Shown piece after piece: positions 40,202-50,800 of a stretch of DNA of 64,000 bases. This DNA is from Polyangia bacterium. Its GTDB lineage: Bacteria; Myxococcota_A; Polyangia; Nannocystales; Nannocystaceae. Under the pieces are notes generated by a model. The model saw only the letters and a list, made by a program, of their open reading frames with translations, did not search any database and had not been told where the DNA came from. The stretch spans positions 403,599 through 467,598 of the forward strand of contig JAUIFF010000001.1 of the NCBI GenBank assembly GCA_030429545.1, in the 5' to 3' direction. The position numbers were made by a program, and so were the translations under genes. Each line of letters begins with the position of its first letter. Position 1 is the stretch's first letter.

Positions 40202-41821
40202 ATGATCGCTTGTGTGGACAGGACACAAACCGATAGCTCACCCGAGAACGGGGCGATCGATGCCTTTGGCGCGACTCGCAATGAGCCGTCGCTGTCCGAT
40301 GCTCGCGCACAATCAACCCGGGTCCCGCGAAAGATCGGCCGGTTTACGATCCTCGAGTCGATTGGTGCGGGCGCCATGGGGGTGGTCTATTCGGCCTACG
40401 ACACTCAGCTCGATCGCAAGGTCGCGATCAAAGTTTTGCGCGAGGACACAAGTGACATCCGCACGCGTCAACGGTTGCTGCGAGAAGCTCAGGCGCTGGC
40501 CCGGGTCACGCACCCCAATGTTGTGACGGTCCACGAGGTCGGCGAGCACGACCAACAACTCTATCTCGCCATGGAGTTTATCCAGGGGCAGACGCTTGGT
40601 GAGTGGGTGGGGGAGCAGGGGCCACAGCTCGCCTGGCAGGACATACTCAAGATGTTTGTATGTGCAGGAAATGGGCTGGTCGCCGCCCATCAGGCCGGCC
40701 TGGTCCATCGCGATTTTAAGCCGCACAACGTGCTTGTACACGGGCAGCGGGCCACGGTTGTCGACTTTGGCCTGGCGCGCCTGGCCTGGGCAGGACCTGC
40801 ACAGGTCGACGAACAACCGACTGATGATCCCGAAATGCCTGATGTCTCGGCCCGCGAGCTCGGCGAGCTACAAACAATTGTGTCTGCAAAAGAAACGGGT
40901 GTCTCGGGCGATGCCGTGGTCGCCGAAATTTCGAGCTCCGGGGGTGCGCTGCACAGCCCGCTCACCCGTGCCGGGGCGGTTCTAGGCACCCCTGCATACA
41001 TGGCAATCGAGCAATTTCGCGGTGAGGAGGCCACGGCTAAGAGCGACCAGTACGCCTTTTGTGTGGCGCTATTTGAGGCCCTCGAAGGTCGTCGCCCGTT
41101 TGTCGGCAACACGATCTACGAGCTTATCGACCGGGTGGGGCGCGGACCAACCAAAGACCTGTGGGCACAGCCGTATCCCCAGTGGCTGCGCGAGGCCATC
41201 AACCGCGGGCTCTCGCCCGATCCCGACGCGCGCTGGCCGACGATGTTGGAGCTGCTACAGGAAATAGATGATCATACAAATGCTCGGGATTCCCATGAGC
41301 AGCGTCGCCAGCTGCGAAAAATCCTCCTCAACCTGGCGATCTTGCCCCCGGCGTTTTGGGTTGTGCTCGAGTTGATCGTCGACCCCGAGCGCGGCCTGCA
41401 ACCGGTCGACACCATCTTTATTTGGCTCACGCTCGCGGTCTTGGTTTGCATCTCCCTGGTGATTTGGCGTCGGGCAGCGTTTCGCCCGGGTACCAACCGC
41501 TGGGTCTCGTTTTTGCTGCTGGTCCTACTCGCGTTTATCGGCATCAACCGGATAGGCTCAACATTTCTCGGACAGGACGTTCACGAGATTCTGTTTTCCG
41601 ACCTCCTCCTGTTTTCGATTGCATTTGCCATAGCCACCGGCAGGGGGGGCCTGTCGATGTTGGGGGCTTCGCTGTTTACGTTACTCGGCGCCGTCCTGAT
41701 CTTGGCGCTGCCACAGCACGCGGACACAATTTACTCGCTGTTTAGCGGGTTGTTGGTCCCGTTTTTGATCGTCGGGTTTGTGCGCAAGACACCCGTGGCT
41801 CGCCCGGACTTGTCAACATGA
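40202..41821 (+). CDS. Ser/Thr protein kinase with C-terminal multi-pass transmembrane region
   Basis: [48 protein letters not shown]; 4-5 hydrophobic helices in last 170 aa. Confidence 0.85.
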   Translation: [539 protein letters not shown]

Positions 41822-41967
41822 CCTCGACCACTGCTTGCAAATACATGAAAAACTTGAATGTGGGCTGCGTTCACGGACAACGCAGCTCGAGTGTTCCTTC
41901 CCCGTGCGTGTGCCCAATGGTTTCGCGTCCGCAGCCCTCGGGTCAAAACCTTGGTGAGCAGTCCGCG

Positions 41968-43368
41968 CTAGCGCTCCATCATGTCCATGATTTGCTTCCT
42001 GGATAGCACGTAGCTCATCAGCAGTGCGCGGCGGTCACTGGCTTGGGCAACGTCGAGCAGGCGCAACAGGTCGTCGTTGCCGTCGTCATCGCTGGCCTCG
42101 TTGGCGATCAGCCGGCGCGACAGCGAGACCAGCATGTCGGCCTTGATCGGGTTGTTGGTGGGCATGCGGATGAACAGGCCGAGGTACTCATGGACCACCC
42201 CGGCCATCTGAATGCCTTCGGGGCGCGGCAAAAACCACTCGGCCAGGCGTCGTCGCGACTTTTTCATGCCGCCAAAGCCGAGGTCACGGACCGCCTGTTC
42301 GGTCCCGGCACCAAAAAAATGGGCGTCCTGGGGGACCTGTCCAAGCAGATTACGCAGCTCGCGGTTCATCGACTTTTTACCCTCGTGACTGCGGGTGACC
42401 ACGCCGCGCAACACATCGGCTGTCCCCAGGGTCAGCTCATCGAGGTCGAGACGCGCGACCAGTACCTGTTGCCCGTTGTGTTGCCATCCGGGGATGGCCC
42501 AAATTTTGTCGCCGGCGGGTTTGAGGTCGCCGCGAGCGGCCGCCTGCTCGAGCTGTTCGTCGAGCCCGGGAATCGCATAAAACGCGATCGCGCGCGCGGG
42601 GTTTTTGTGATTCATGGCAAACGACATACGCCGCCAATTTGCATATTCAACCTGGCCAAAGGCCGCGACGATCTTGCAGGTGCCCTCGACAAACACAGGC
42701 TCGACTTGGGGCGGTTTTTTTTGCTTCGACCTAGCCTCACGCTGCTTGCGACGCTCCTCGGCTTTTTTGCGCTTAGCGAGGTTTTCGCGGTGAATTTTGG
42801 CAATCTCGGTATTGACCGAAAGCCCCGATTTTTTGGCGCGCCGCTGGGCCCGACGCAACAGCCACAGGTCCTTGATTTGGGCCTGGCGGTTTTCGTCGCA
42901 AGTGGTTGCGTATTCAAATAACTCGGGCGGCAACTTACCGGTCAGCGGTGCATCCTTGACCGCGACGATGTCACCTCCGCCGTAGATATCGAAGTCGGCC
43001 GGAAGGTAGCGTGCCGAGTAGGCGAGGTGGCCGTAGTGACTGCGCTTACGGCCGGCCTCCCAAAACACCCGCAGCATCTGTTTGATATCGCTGTCGCGGC
43101 CAGCGGCGGCGTAGAGCTTGACGAGGCGCAGCAGCCCATCGGTCACCAGCGCCCGCTCGTTGGTCGGCTCGTCGATCAGGTCCTCAAAATTCTTGATCGC
43201 GCACTTGGGCCGCTGGGTCGTGTCCATGCACCGAACACCCGCCTTGTGGAGTTTTTGCGCGGTCGTCTCAAATCGCTTGGGTTGTTGCTCGCCCGCGTGC
43301 GCCGGTGTGAGCAGCCCGAGGGCGAGGCTCAAGCCGCAGGTCACAATGGGTAGGCGAGGGGTAGTCAC
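41968..43368 (-). CDS. Secreted hypothetical protein (466 aa) with K/R/E-rich coiled segment
   Basis: Signal peptide LPIVTCGLSLALGLLTPAHA; no recognised catalytic motif. Confidence 0.5.
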   Translation of the reverse strand: MTTPRLPIVTCGLSLALGLLTPAHAGEQQPKRFETTAQKLHKAGVRCMDTTQRPKCAIKNFEDLIDEPTNERALVTDGLLRLVKLYAAAGRDSDIKQMLRVFWEAGRKRSHYGHLAYSARYLPADFDIYGGGDIVAVKDAPLTGKLPPELFEYATTCDENRQAQIKDLWLLRRAQRRAKKSGLSVNTEIAKIHRENLAKRKKAEERRKQREARSKQKKPPQVEPVFVEGTCKIVAAFGQVEYANWRRMSFAMNHKNPARAIAFYAIPGLDEQLEQAAARGDLKPAGDKIWAIPGWQHNGQQVLVARLDLDELTLGTADVLRGVVTRSHEGKKSMNRELRNLLGQVPQDAHFFGAGTEQAVRDLGFGGMKKSRRRLAEWFLPRPEGIQMAGVVHEYLGLFIRMPTNNPIKADMLVSLSRRLIANEASDDDGNDDLLRLLDVAQASDRRALLMSYVLSRKQIMDMMER

Positions 43369-43475
43369 GCCGGAACATCATGACACGAGTTTTTGTCAAC
43401 GCTTCCTGCCCTAGGCGGCCGCCTGTGCGCCCGAATGACGCAAACCGGTTGGCTCCACCGGGGTATGGTGTGGCT

Positions 43476-44174
43476 ATGACCGATGTCTTGCAGCCATTTG
43501 GTGAGGGAATCTGGCTGGTCGATGGCGACCTCCTGCGGATGTTTGGGATTCCGTTTACTACCCGAATGACTGTGGCAAAGCTCGCGGACGGGCTTTGGTT
43601 GCACTCGCCGGTGGTCGCCTCCGAGGCTCGTGTCGCCGCCATCGCCGAACTCGGGGAGATTGCCCACCTTGTGGCTCCTGGGACATTTCACCACCTCTAT
43701 GTCGACCCGTGGAAAACACACGCCGCAGCCGGGGCGCAGGTCTGGGCGGCTCCGGGTCTTCCGGCCAGGTATCCCAAGCGCGACTTCGATGCCGAACTCA
43801 GCGACGAAGCCCCACCGGCCTGGGCCGGCGAAATCGACCAGGTTGTGTTTCGCGGGAGTCGGGTGATGAACGAAGTTGTGTTTTTTCACCGGCGGTCGCG
43901 GACCGTCATTTTTACCGACATCATCCAAAATCACGACCCCGCGTGCGACGGCCTGTTTTGGCGGACCATTAAGCGCTGGAACCGAATTTTAGCGCCGGAT
44001 GGCGGCGTGCCATTTGACTGGCGCCTGACGGTCCGCGACCGCGATGCCGCCCGGCGCTCGCGTGACGCACTTTTGAAGTGGCCGTTTGAGCAGGTCGTCA
44101 TGACCCACGGTGTTTGCATTACAGAGAATGCACATACACATGTCGAGCGTGCCTTCGCCTGGCTTGACAACTGA
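43476..44174 (+). CDS. Conserved hypothetical protein (possibly DUF4336-like)
   Basis: ORF with ATG at 43476 (MTDVLQPFGEGIWLVDGD...); family assignment from memory only, not verified. Confidence 0.45.
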   Translation: MTDVLQPFGEGIWLVDGDLLRMFGIPFTTRMTVAKLADGLWLHSPVVASEARVAAIAELGEIAHLVAPGTFHHLYVDPWKTHAAAGAQVWAAPGLPARYPKRDFDAELSDEAPPAWAGEIDQVVFRGSRVMNEVVFFHRRSRTVIFTDIIQNHDPACDGLFWRTIKRWNRILAPDGGVPFDWRLTVRDRDAARRSRDALLKWPFEQVVMTHGVCITENAHTHVERAFAWLDN

Positions 44175-44182
44175 GCGCCGAG

Positions 44183-44368
44183 CTACAGGCCGCGCTGCAG
44201 GTTGTTGTCATCGCGCAACAGCGAGCGGACAAACAGCAACAGGAGACCGACAAATACCCAGACGAGGGCGAGCACGCCAAACGCGGCAAAGTCGATCACG
44301 CGCACGCCAGGGTTTTCGAGGGAAGTTTCGATGAGCGGGGCGATGCCCAGGATAAGTTGTGTATGCAT
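44183..44368 (-). CDS. Small membrane protein (61 aa) immediately downstream of HTTM gene
   Basis: MHTQLILGIAPLIETSLENPGVRVIDFAAFGVLALVWVFVGLLLLFVRSLL: one strong TM helix; 2-nt gap from upstream gene. Confidence 0.35.
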   Translation of the reverse strand: MHTQLILGIAPLIETSLENPGVRVIDFAAFGVLALVWVFVGLLLLFVRSLLRDDNNLQRGL

Positions 44369-44369
44369 G

Positions 44370-46850
44370 TTACTTTGACTCCCGTTGTTGGGCCCTGCGT
44401 TTGGCCAGGCGCTTTTGCTTGCGTTCCCACTTTTTGTGACGGTGCTTGATCCACGGTTTTTCGGCGCCCTCGGGTAGCAGCGGCAACCCGTAGCGCTCAC
44501 GCATCCAGTTGGGAAGTTGGGCCTCGGGGGCCGTTGCACACTCGGCGGTGTGGATCACCCGTTGTTTGCCAAACTTCGCCAGCTGGATCTCGGGGATGTA
44601 GTAGCCACGGGTCTTGACCTGTTCGGGCGTCGGGATCCGGTAGTTCATCTTGACGATCTCGACTTTTTTAGGTGCCTCGCCGCCGTTTTGCAGGGCCCAC
44701 TCGCGGCAGTGGTAACGCGCATGCCATTTGAGGTACCACGAGTTTTTGCCGTGACGCCGGCCGGTGATCCGGCGGTTCATCTTGCGCATGCGGTCGTTGA
44801 AGATCCATGGGATCGGTCGCTGCTCAGGTGCGTATACATCGGTGTTGAGGTCGTAGACCTCTCCGTCGGTGTCGTGCACCAGCACCCGCAAAAATGTATT
44901 GGAGCGCGGGGGATTGGGCGAAAACATGTTCCACGACTGGGCGGTGTGGGTGTGTACCAGCCACCCGCGAAACGGCTTGGCGGCCTGCGTGCGAAAGGTC
45001 GAGAGGCAATCCTTGACCGGCAGGGTCCACACCGCAACCGCGGTGATGTGGTAGATGATCAGTGTATTGGCAACAAATCGGCCGAGCGGCCCGTAGGCCC
45101 ACGGTAGGCTGTCTGTCGCCAACGGGGCCTGACGCCGGGCCCGAATCGCGGCCACCACAGCGCCGGCGACAAGCGTACCGCCTCCGAGCCACAATAGCGG
45201 CGAGGTCCAGGTTTTTGGCCCGAGAACCTTGGTTGCCACAGCCCCGGCGAGACAGCCAAGCGTCACCACGAGTACCCACCCGGGCACTTGGGCCCGGTCG
45301 CGTGCGAGGCCCGGTGCACTCGGATGTTGGGCCCACACAAACGTGGTGTCGACAACGTTGCGGCCGGCGAGGCGATTGAGCCCACGACCGAGGCGCTGGA
45401 CGATCAGACCAACCTCGTGCCCGTTGAGGAACACGACATAGGTCAGCATCATGATCGGGGCGAACATGCCGATGTTCATCAGCGCCATGATGTGGCCGTG
45501 AAACAGCAGCCCCAGGGTCAAAAACACCCGGCGGCCGAGCACCCAGCTACAAAACCAATCGAGGTCGAGGGTGTAGCGGCGGCCGGCGAGGGTCACGTTA
45601 AACGGCCGGTTGCGCAGGCGGTACAGACCCCAGCCGACAACTGCCATCAGAGCAACCCAGGCGACCCCAAAGATCCATTGTACATGCACCAGCGGTAGGC
45701 TCGCCTTGGCCGGGTAGTGAACCGGCCACGCAACCTCGGCCACCGCCAATGCAAGCAGGCCGAGGACGACCCATAGGCTGCGGCGAAGCACGCGTTGGCC
45801 CAGGGTTGTCGGGGCAAATTTTTGCCGGTGTGCCCAGCGGAGGATCAACCCGACAATCACCAAAAAGAAGCTGATTTGCCAAACGTGGACCGTCCACGTC
45901 ATCACCCGAAACACGTTGGTGCCAAACACCTGCGACAGCAGCTGTGGCGGCACGCGGTAGAAGTGGTCCATGTTGAGGGCGTAGTAAAGCGAGTCGCCAC
46001 GCATCCACACGTGCCCGGTTTTGGCCGAGCCGGTAAACAGGTAGATGGTTGCGACTTGGAGCATCATGAGCAGCCGCGGCCAGGCCGGTATCAGCCGGTA
46101 GATGGGCTGCAGGGCTTGTTTGGCGGTCTCCTGGCCGTCGGGTTTTGCGACCTGCTCACCGGTTTGCAGCAGCCCCTTGCGCCGCAGTTTGCGGCAACGC
46201 AGCCAGTTGTCGATGCTGTAGGCATGGCCTGATTTGGCGAACAGCAGGTAGAAGAACATGCACGAATAGACCGCGTCGGTGCCCTCCATAAACAGCGGGT
46301 TGCGGGCACACAGGCCGTGCCACATGAAAAAGCTCAGGACCCCTGTCACCCGCGCGCGAAAGCCCAGGGCAAATGCCAGGGTCACGGCTTCAAAGATGAT
46401 GAGGTACGTCCAAAACGCGGTGGGCGAGTCCCAAAAAAACAGCGGCGAGAGCTTGTTGCCCTTAAAAAAGTTCCACATCGCCTGCGTGTCGAAAAAGCCT
46501 GCTGGCTCGCCCGCACGGACATCGCCGAAGCCGGCGAACTGCTTCTTGGCGAGGACCTCCCGCGCCGTGTCGGTAAAGAAGATGCCCTCGTCGGTAAACA
46601 GGTAGTGGAAGTGCTCCCACAGACCGTTCACGTTGAGCAAAATGGCGATCGCAAACAAAAACCGAAAGATGCCGATGGTCCGCGGATCTTCGAGGCGCAA
46701 CCACAGGCGGCGCCACTGCTCGCGGTAACTGATCATCAACAGCCCAAACACAATCGCGCAGGTCAGCAACAACCAGCCAATTGTTGGCGACAGGGCGACG
46801 GCCTCGGTATTGACAATGCGGTCGGCAAGAAAACTATGAAAAGCCAACAT
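44370..46850 (-). CDS. HTTM-domain (vitamin K-dependent gamma-carboxylase-like) integral membrane protein, 826 aa
   Basis: N-terminal multi-TM region with IGIFRFLFAIAILLNV... pattern typical of HTTM; large C-terminal soluble region with K/R-rich tail. Confidence 0.55.
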   Translation of the reverse strand: MLAFHSFLADRIVNTEAVALSPTIGWLLLTCAIVFGLLMISYREQWRRLWLRLEDPRTIGIFRFLFAIAILLNVNGLWEHFHYLFTDEGIFFTDTAREVLAKKQFAGFGDVRAGEPAGFFDTQAMWNFFKGNKLSPLFFWDSPTAFWTYLIIFEAVTLAFALGFRARVTGVLSFFMWHGLCARNPLFMEGTDAVYSCMFFYLLFAKSGHAYSIDNWLRCRKLRRKGLLQTGEQVAKPDGQETAKQALQPIYRLIPAWPRLLMMLQVATIYLFTGSAKTGHVWMRGDSLYYALNMDHFYRVPPQLLSQVFGTNVFRVMTWTVHVWQISFFLVIVGLILRWAHRQKFAPTTLGQRVLRRSLWVVLGLLALAVAEVAWPVHYPAKASLPLVHVQWIFGVAWVALMAVVGWGLYRLRNRPFNVTLAGRRYTLDLDWFCSWVLGRRVFLTLGLLFHGHIMALMNIGMFAPIMMLTYVVFLNGHEVGLIVQRLGRGLNRLAGRNVVDTTFVWAQHPSAPGLARDRAQVPGWVLVVTLGCLAGAVATKVLGPKTWTSPLLWLGGGTLVAGAVVAAIRARRQAPLATDSLPWAYGPLGRFVANTLIIYHITAVAVWTLPVKDCLSTFRTQAAKPFRGWLVHTHTAQSWNMFSPNPPRSNTFLRVLVHDTDGEVYDLNTDVYAPEQRPIPWIFNDRMRKMNRRITGRRHGKNSWYLKWHARYHCREWALQNGGEAPKKVEIVKMNYRIPTPEQVKTRGYYIPEIQLAKFGKQRVIHTAECATAPEAQLPNWMRERYGLPLLPEGAEKPWIKHRHKKWERKQKRLAKRRAQQRESK

Positions 46851-47005
46851 CGTGTCGATGCGGCTTTCAAGAATCGGGCCGACTTGGGGCGCCCAAGTTT
46901 CGTGGCGCGAAGTTAGCTAGCTATGAGAAACCTGTGGGGAGACTTCATCACCAGTGGGGATTTCTCCGCAGTCGCCTTTCCGCCCCAAAATCATGTATGC
47001 GCAAG

Positions 47006-47503
47006 TTACTTGCCGCCGGTTGTCTCCGGCAGGTCGTTGGGGAGCGCCTTGAGTTCGTTGTTGAGCCAGGTGCGAAACTCGATCTCCGTGCCATCGGGCA
47101 ACTGCACAATGTAGGCTTTGCCCGAAAAGAACACGCCGCTGCCGATCTCCCGCATCCAGGTTTTGAAGTCGGGGATGTCGCGTCCGAGCCACTTTGTTTT
47201 GAACCGCAACATCTCGGCAAAGTCGAACCCGTTGTAGCGGCGCTCCTTTTCCTTGTCGTTTTTGCGGACGATAAACTTGAAGTCGCTGCGGGCGACGACC
47301 GCGAGCGCAGCCTCAACTTCGGGGGAGACCTCGGGGGTGAGCTGTTTCTCAGCGGCTTTTGCCGCCCAGGCCTCACGCTTTTCCTGGCGCTTGGAAGCCT
47401 CGGTGATCAGGCGTTTGAGCCGTTCGTCGCACCCCGGTGCCATCATCAGCACACACAACCCCCCGACGAGGAAGTGACGATGAGCGATGAGGCGGCGTAG
47501 CAT
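47006..47503 (-). CDS. Lipoprotein of unknown function (165 aa)
   Basis: MLRRLIAHRHFLVGGLCVLMMAPGCD lipobox; C-terminal KAYIVQLPDGTEIEFRTWLNNELK. The rest of track ORF 47006..48352 is antisense to rarA and rejected. Confidence 0.5.
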   Translation of the reverse strand: MLRRLIAHRHFLVGGLCVLMMAPGCDERLKRLITEASKRQEKREAWAAKAAEKQLTPEVSPEVEAALAVVARSDFKFIVRKNDKEKERRYNGFDFAEMLRFKTKWLGRDIPDFKTWMREIGSGVFFSGKAYIVQLPDGTEIEFRTWLNNELKALPNDLPETTGGK

Positions 47504-47633
47504 CGGCACCACGATAACACTCGTCTGACGTGGCCAAAACTCGCCCCAAGTCTCACCGGGGAGTGACCCAACAACCGTGACGACGGGCCCGGGCGGACTT
47601 GCGCCCGTATGCACCTGGTGGTTTGTTTGTGGC

Positions 47634-49019
47634 ATGGGCCTTTTAGACCCCACGCAAGCAGACCTGCTCGAGCACGGCATGCAACAAAGCGGCACCCTTG
47701 CCGCGCCGCCACTCGCACAGCGGATGCGTCCGCGGACGTTGGCCGAGTTTGCCGGCCAAACCCATCTGCTCGGGCCAGGTCGGCCGCTCGCGGCCCTGAT
47801 CGCCAAGCAGTGGTTCCCGAGCATGATTTTGTGGGGGCCGCCCGGTGTTGGCAAAACAACGCTTGCCCAGTTGCTCGCCCGCGAAACGGACCACGCCTTC
47901 GCCGAGCTGTCGGCGACCCAGGCCGGGATCCGCGAGGTTCGCCAGTTGCTCGAGCAGGCCCGACGCCAGCGTCGAAGCGGCCGTGGAACGATTTTGTTTA
48001 TCGACGAGATCCACCGCTGGAGTCGCAGCCAACAGGACGCGCTGCTGCCCCATGTCGAATCGGGGTTGTGCAAGTTGGTCGGGGCGACCACCGAAAACCC
48101 GAGCTTTGAAGTCAATGCCGCGTTGCTGAGCCGGGTGCGGGTGTACGAGCTGCGGGCGTTGAGCATTGCCGAACTCGTGGGGCTGATGCGTCGGGTGCTC
48201 ACGTCTCCAGATGGCCTCGGGGCACTCGAAATCGAGGTTGAGGATGGCCTGCTCGCTGCTCTTGCACATACAACAAATGGCGATGCTCGCCAGGCGCTCG
48301 GGCTGCTCGAAGTCGCCGTGTCGCTGATTCCCGAGGGGAGTCGGCAGCTCACGCCCGAGCTTGCCTCGATGGCCGCAGGTGGTCGGGCCCTGCGACACGA
48401 CCGGGCTGGCGAGGCCCATTACAACATTGTATCTGCACTGATCAAAAGCATGAGGGCCAGCGACCCAGATGCCGCTGTTTATTGGCTGACACGTATGTTG
48501 GAGGCCGGTGAGGACCTCAACTTTATTTCCCGCCGGCTGTTGATTTTTGCCAGCGAGGACATCGGCAATGCCGACCCCCAGGCACTCGTGGTCGCAAGTG
48601 CAGCCGCCCAGGCAGCCCACCAAATTGGCCGCCCCGAGGCTGTGTTGCCGCTGACACAGGCCACGACCTACCTCGCGCTCGCGCCCAAGAGCAACGCCGC
48701 ACTCACCAGCTATGCCAACGCCCGCAAGTTGGTTGCCCGCCACGGGTCGCTCGACGTCCCCCGGGTGGTCCGCAACGCGGTGACCGAGTTGATGAAACAG
48801 GCGCAATACGGGGTGGGCTACCGCTATCCCCACGACTTTGACGGAGGGGTGGTGCCCGGACACACCAGTTATCTACCGAGCCAACTCGCCGGGCAGACCG
48901 TTGTGACAACCGGTTCGCTCGGGTGGGAGGCCGAGGCTGCGGCGCGATTACAACAGGTGCGCACAGGTGCTGAGGTTTCGCCCAACACGCGAGATGACAA
49001 CCCAGGCGAACCCGGCTAA
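47634..49019 (+). CDS. rarA: Replication-associated recombination protein A (AAA+ ATPase)
   Basis: GPPGVGKTTLA Walker A, ILFIDEIHRWS Walker B/sensor, C-terminal MgsA helical domain. Confidence 0.85.
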   Translation: MGLLDPTQADLLEHGMQQSGTLAAPPLAQRMRPRTLAEFAGQTHLLGPGRPLAALIAKQWFPSMILWGPPGVGKTTLAQLLARETDHAFAELSATQAGIREVRQLLEQARRQRRSGRGTILFIDEIHRWSRSQQDALLPHVESGLCKLVGATTENPSFEVNAALLSRVRVYELRALSIAELVGLMRRVLTSPDGLGALEIEVEDGLLAALAHTTNGDARQALGLLEVAVSLIPEGSRQLTPELASMAAGGRALRHDRAGEAHYNIVSALIKSMRASDPDAAVYWLTRMLEAGEDLNFISRRLLIFASEDIGNADPQALVVASAAAQAAHQIGRPEAVLPLTQATTYLALAPKSNAALTSYANARKLVARHGSLDVPRVVRNAVTELMKQAQYGVGYRYPHDFDGGVVPGHTSYLPSQLAGQTVVTTGSLGWEAEAAARLQQVRTGAEVSPNTRDDNPGEPG

Positions 49020-49028
49020 GACACGGGT

Positions 49029-49769
49029 GTGGTGCGACTCAGTGTCAACGTCAACAAAGTAGCCACCCTGCGCAACGCCCGGGGGGGTCGGGTGCCGGAC
49101 ATGATCGAGGCGGTCGATGCCTGCCTGCGCGCCGGCGCTCCGGGGATTACGGTGCACCCACGCGAGGACAGACGGCACATCACCCCGGAGGATGTGGTGG
49201 CGATCGCCAACCGACTCGCCGACCTGCGCGACACGGTTGAGTTCAACATCGAGGGCGACCCGCGGCCCGAACTGATGGACCTCGTGTGCCAGGTGCGGCC
49301 GCATCAATGCACGCTGGTGCCGGTGTTGCCCGGTGAAATCACCAGTCAGGCGGGATGGCCTGCGGGCCAGATGCGCGACCAGCTCGACCCGGTGATCAAA
49401 AGGTTGCATCAGCATGGAGTTCGGGTGTCGCTGTTTGTCGAGCCCAACCCCGAGGCGATTGCATGGGCGGCAGCGCTTGGCGCCGATCGGGTTGAACTCT
49501 ACACAGAGCCCTATGCGAGGGCATTTGCGGCAGATGGGGGAAAAGCCAGTTTTGCAACCTATGTCGCCGCCGCTGAAAAAGCTCACACCTGTGGCCTAGG
49601 GGTCAATGCCGGTCACGACCTCGACCTCGACAACCTCCCGCTGTTTGCGACGCTACCCCATCTCGACGAAGTCTCGATCGGGCATGCCCTGATAAGCCGC
49701 GCGCTGTTTGTCGGGATTGAACGGGTCGTCGGCGAGTACCTCGCCCTAACAACTTGTACAAGCAAGTAA
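49029..49769 (+). CDS. pdxJ: Pyridoxine 5'-phosphate synthase
   Basis: LSVNVNKVATLRNARGG...ITVHPREDRRHI...EFNIEG: PdxJ TIM-barrel motifs. Confidence 0.9.
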   Translation: MVRLSVNVNKVATLRNARGGRVPDMIEAVDACLRAGAPGITVHPREDRRHITPEDVVAIANRLADLRDTVEFNIEGDPRPELMDLVCQVRPHQCTLVPVLPGEITSQAGWPAGQMRDQLDPVIKRLHQHGVRVSLFVEPNPEAIAWAAALGADRVELYTEPYARAFAADGGKASFATYVAAAEKAHTCGLGVNAGHDLDLDNLPLFATLPHLDEVSIGHALISRALFVGIERVVGEYLALTTCTSK

Positions 49770-49840
49770 AAACTTAGCCACAGCACTTGCAATCGCGGGT
49801 TTCCTTCGTTATAAGTCGGGCACAACCAAACGGAGGCACC

Positions 49841-50800
49841 ATGCTCGATCAATCGATCTCGAGTGTGGATACGCGTTGTGTGCGACCGATGGGGTTGACC
49901 CCGTCGGGTACGTCGGCGCGAATCCTTGTCCACGACGATCCCTATTCGGATCGTATCCGCTGCGATCATCCCGAAATTACAGATGGGGCGGCCCTAGGCC
50001 ACGCTTTAATTGAAACTGCCGACAAGTGTACGCGAGGGCGTGTGGTCGTGCTTGCCAGCGCCGATATAGAGCCTGGCCTGTCCGACGTCGGGTTTTCCCG
50101 CGAGGGCCTGTTGCCCGGTTTTTATGGCGGGAAAAAAGCTTGTACAGTCATGGGTTATTACCGTGATGACGACCGCGGACAGCTCGCCCGCCCCGAGAGG
50201 GTTCATCAGGTGCGGGAGCTCGTCGAGCAAAAAGGTGCGCGGCGGGTTGCACCCGAAGTTCGCACCCGGCGGGCCAAGCCGATCGATGCGCCCAGGGTTG
50301 CCAAGCTCATCGGCGAGACCTTTGCCGAGTATCCAACCCCGAGCGAAGATCCGCGCTATGTCGCCCGAGCGATTGCCAGCGGCACACCGTTTCGTGTGGT
50401 CGAGCGCAATGGCGATGTCGTTGCATGTGCAAGTGCGGACCTGGTCCGCGAGGCCAAAACCGCCGAGCTCACCGACTGTGCAACCAAGCCGGCCTATCGT
50501 GGCCAGGGGCTGATGCAGTCGCTGCTCGCCGACTTGATGGACGACCTGCGCGAGCTCAAGTACCCCACGGCATTCACCCTGGCCCGGGCAACCATCCCGG
50601 GGGTCAACCTCGCATTTTCCCACCTCGGCTTTGGCCTGCGCGGCTGTATGCCGAGGTCATGCCGGATCGGGCGTGGGCTCGAAGATATGAACATCTGGAG
50701 CCGCAGCCTCAAGCCCCAGCGTGCATTTTGGAACAAGATCACCAAGGCCGCCCGCAAGCGTCGGGGGGTCTCGCCGCTCACTTCGCGGATGCGCATGTAA
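49841..50800 (+). CDS. Two-domain GNAT-family N-acetyltransferase (beta-lysine N-acetyltransferase AblB-like architecture)
   Basis: C-terminal GNAT core (VVACASADLV...KPAYRGQGLMQSLLADL) preceded by ~150-aa N-domain; no lysine 2,3-aminomutase gene nearby. Confidence 0.55.
   Translation: MLDQSISSVDTRCVRPMGLTPSGTSARILVHDDPYSDRIRCDHPEITDGAALGHALIETADKCTRGRVVVLASADIEPGLSDVGFSREGLLPGFYGGKKACTVMGYYRDDDRGQLARPERVHQVRELVEQKGARRVAPEVRTRRAKPIDAPRVAKLIGETFAEYPTPSEDPRYVARAIASGTPFRVVERNGDVVACASADLVREAKTAELTDCATKPAYRGQGLMQSLLADLMDDLRELKYPTAFTLARATIPGVNLAFSHLGFGLRGCMPRSCRIGRGLEDMNIWSRSLKPQRAFWNKITKAARKRRGVSPLTSRMRM

Noticed and set aside
46934-47500. 188-aa + strand ORF
   Set aside because: It is antisense to the lipoprotein gene, which has a convincing lipobox and conserved C-terminal motif.
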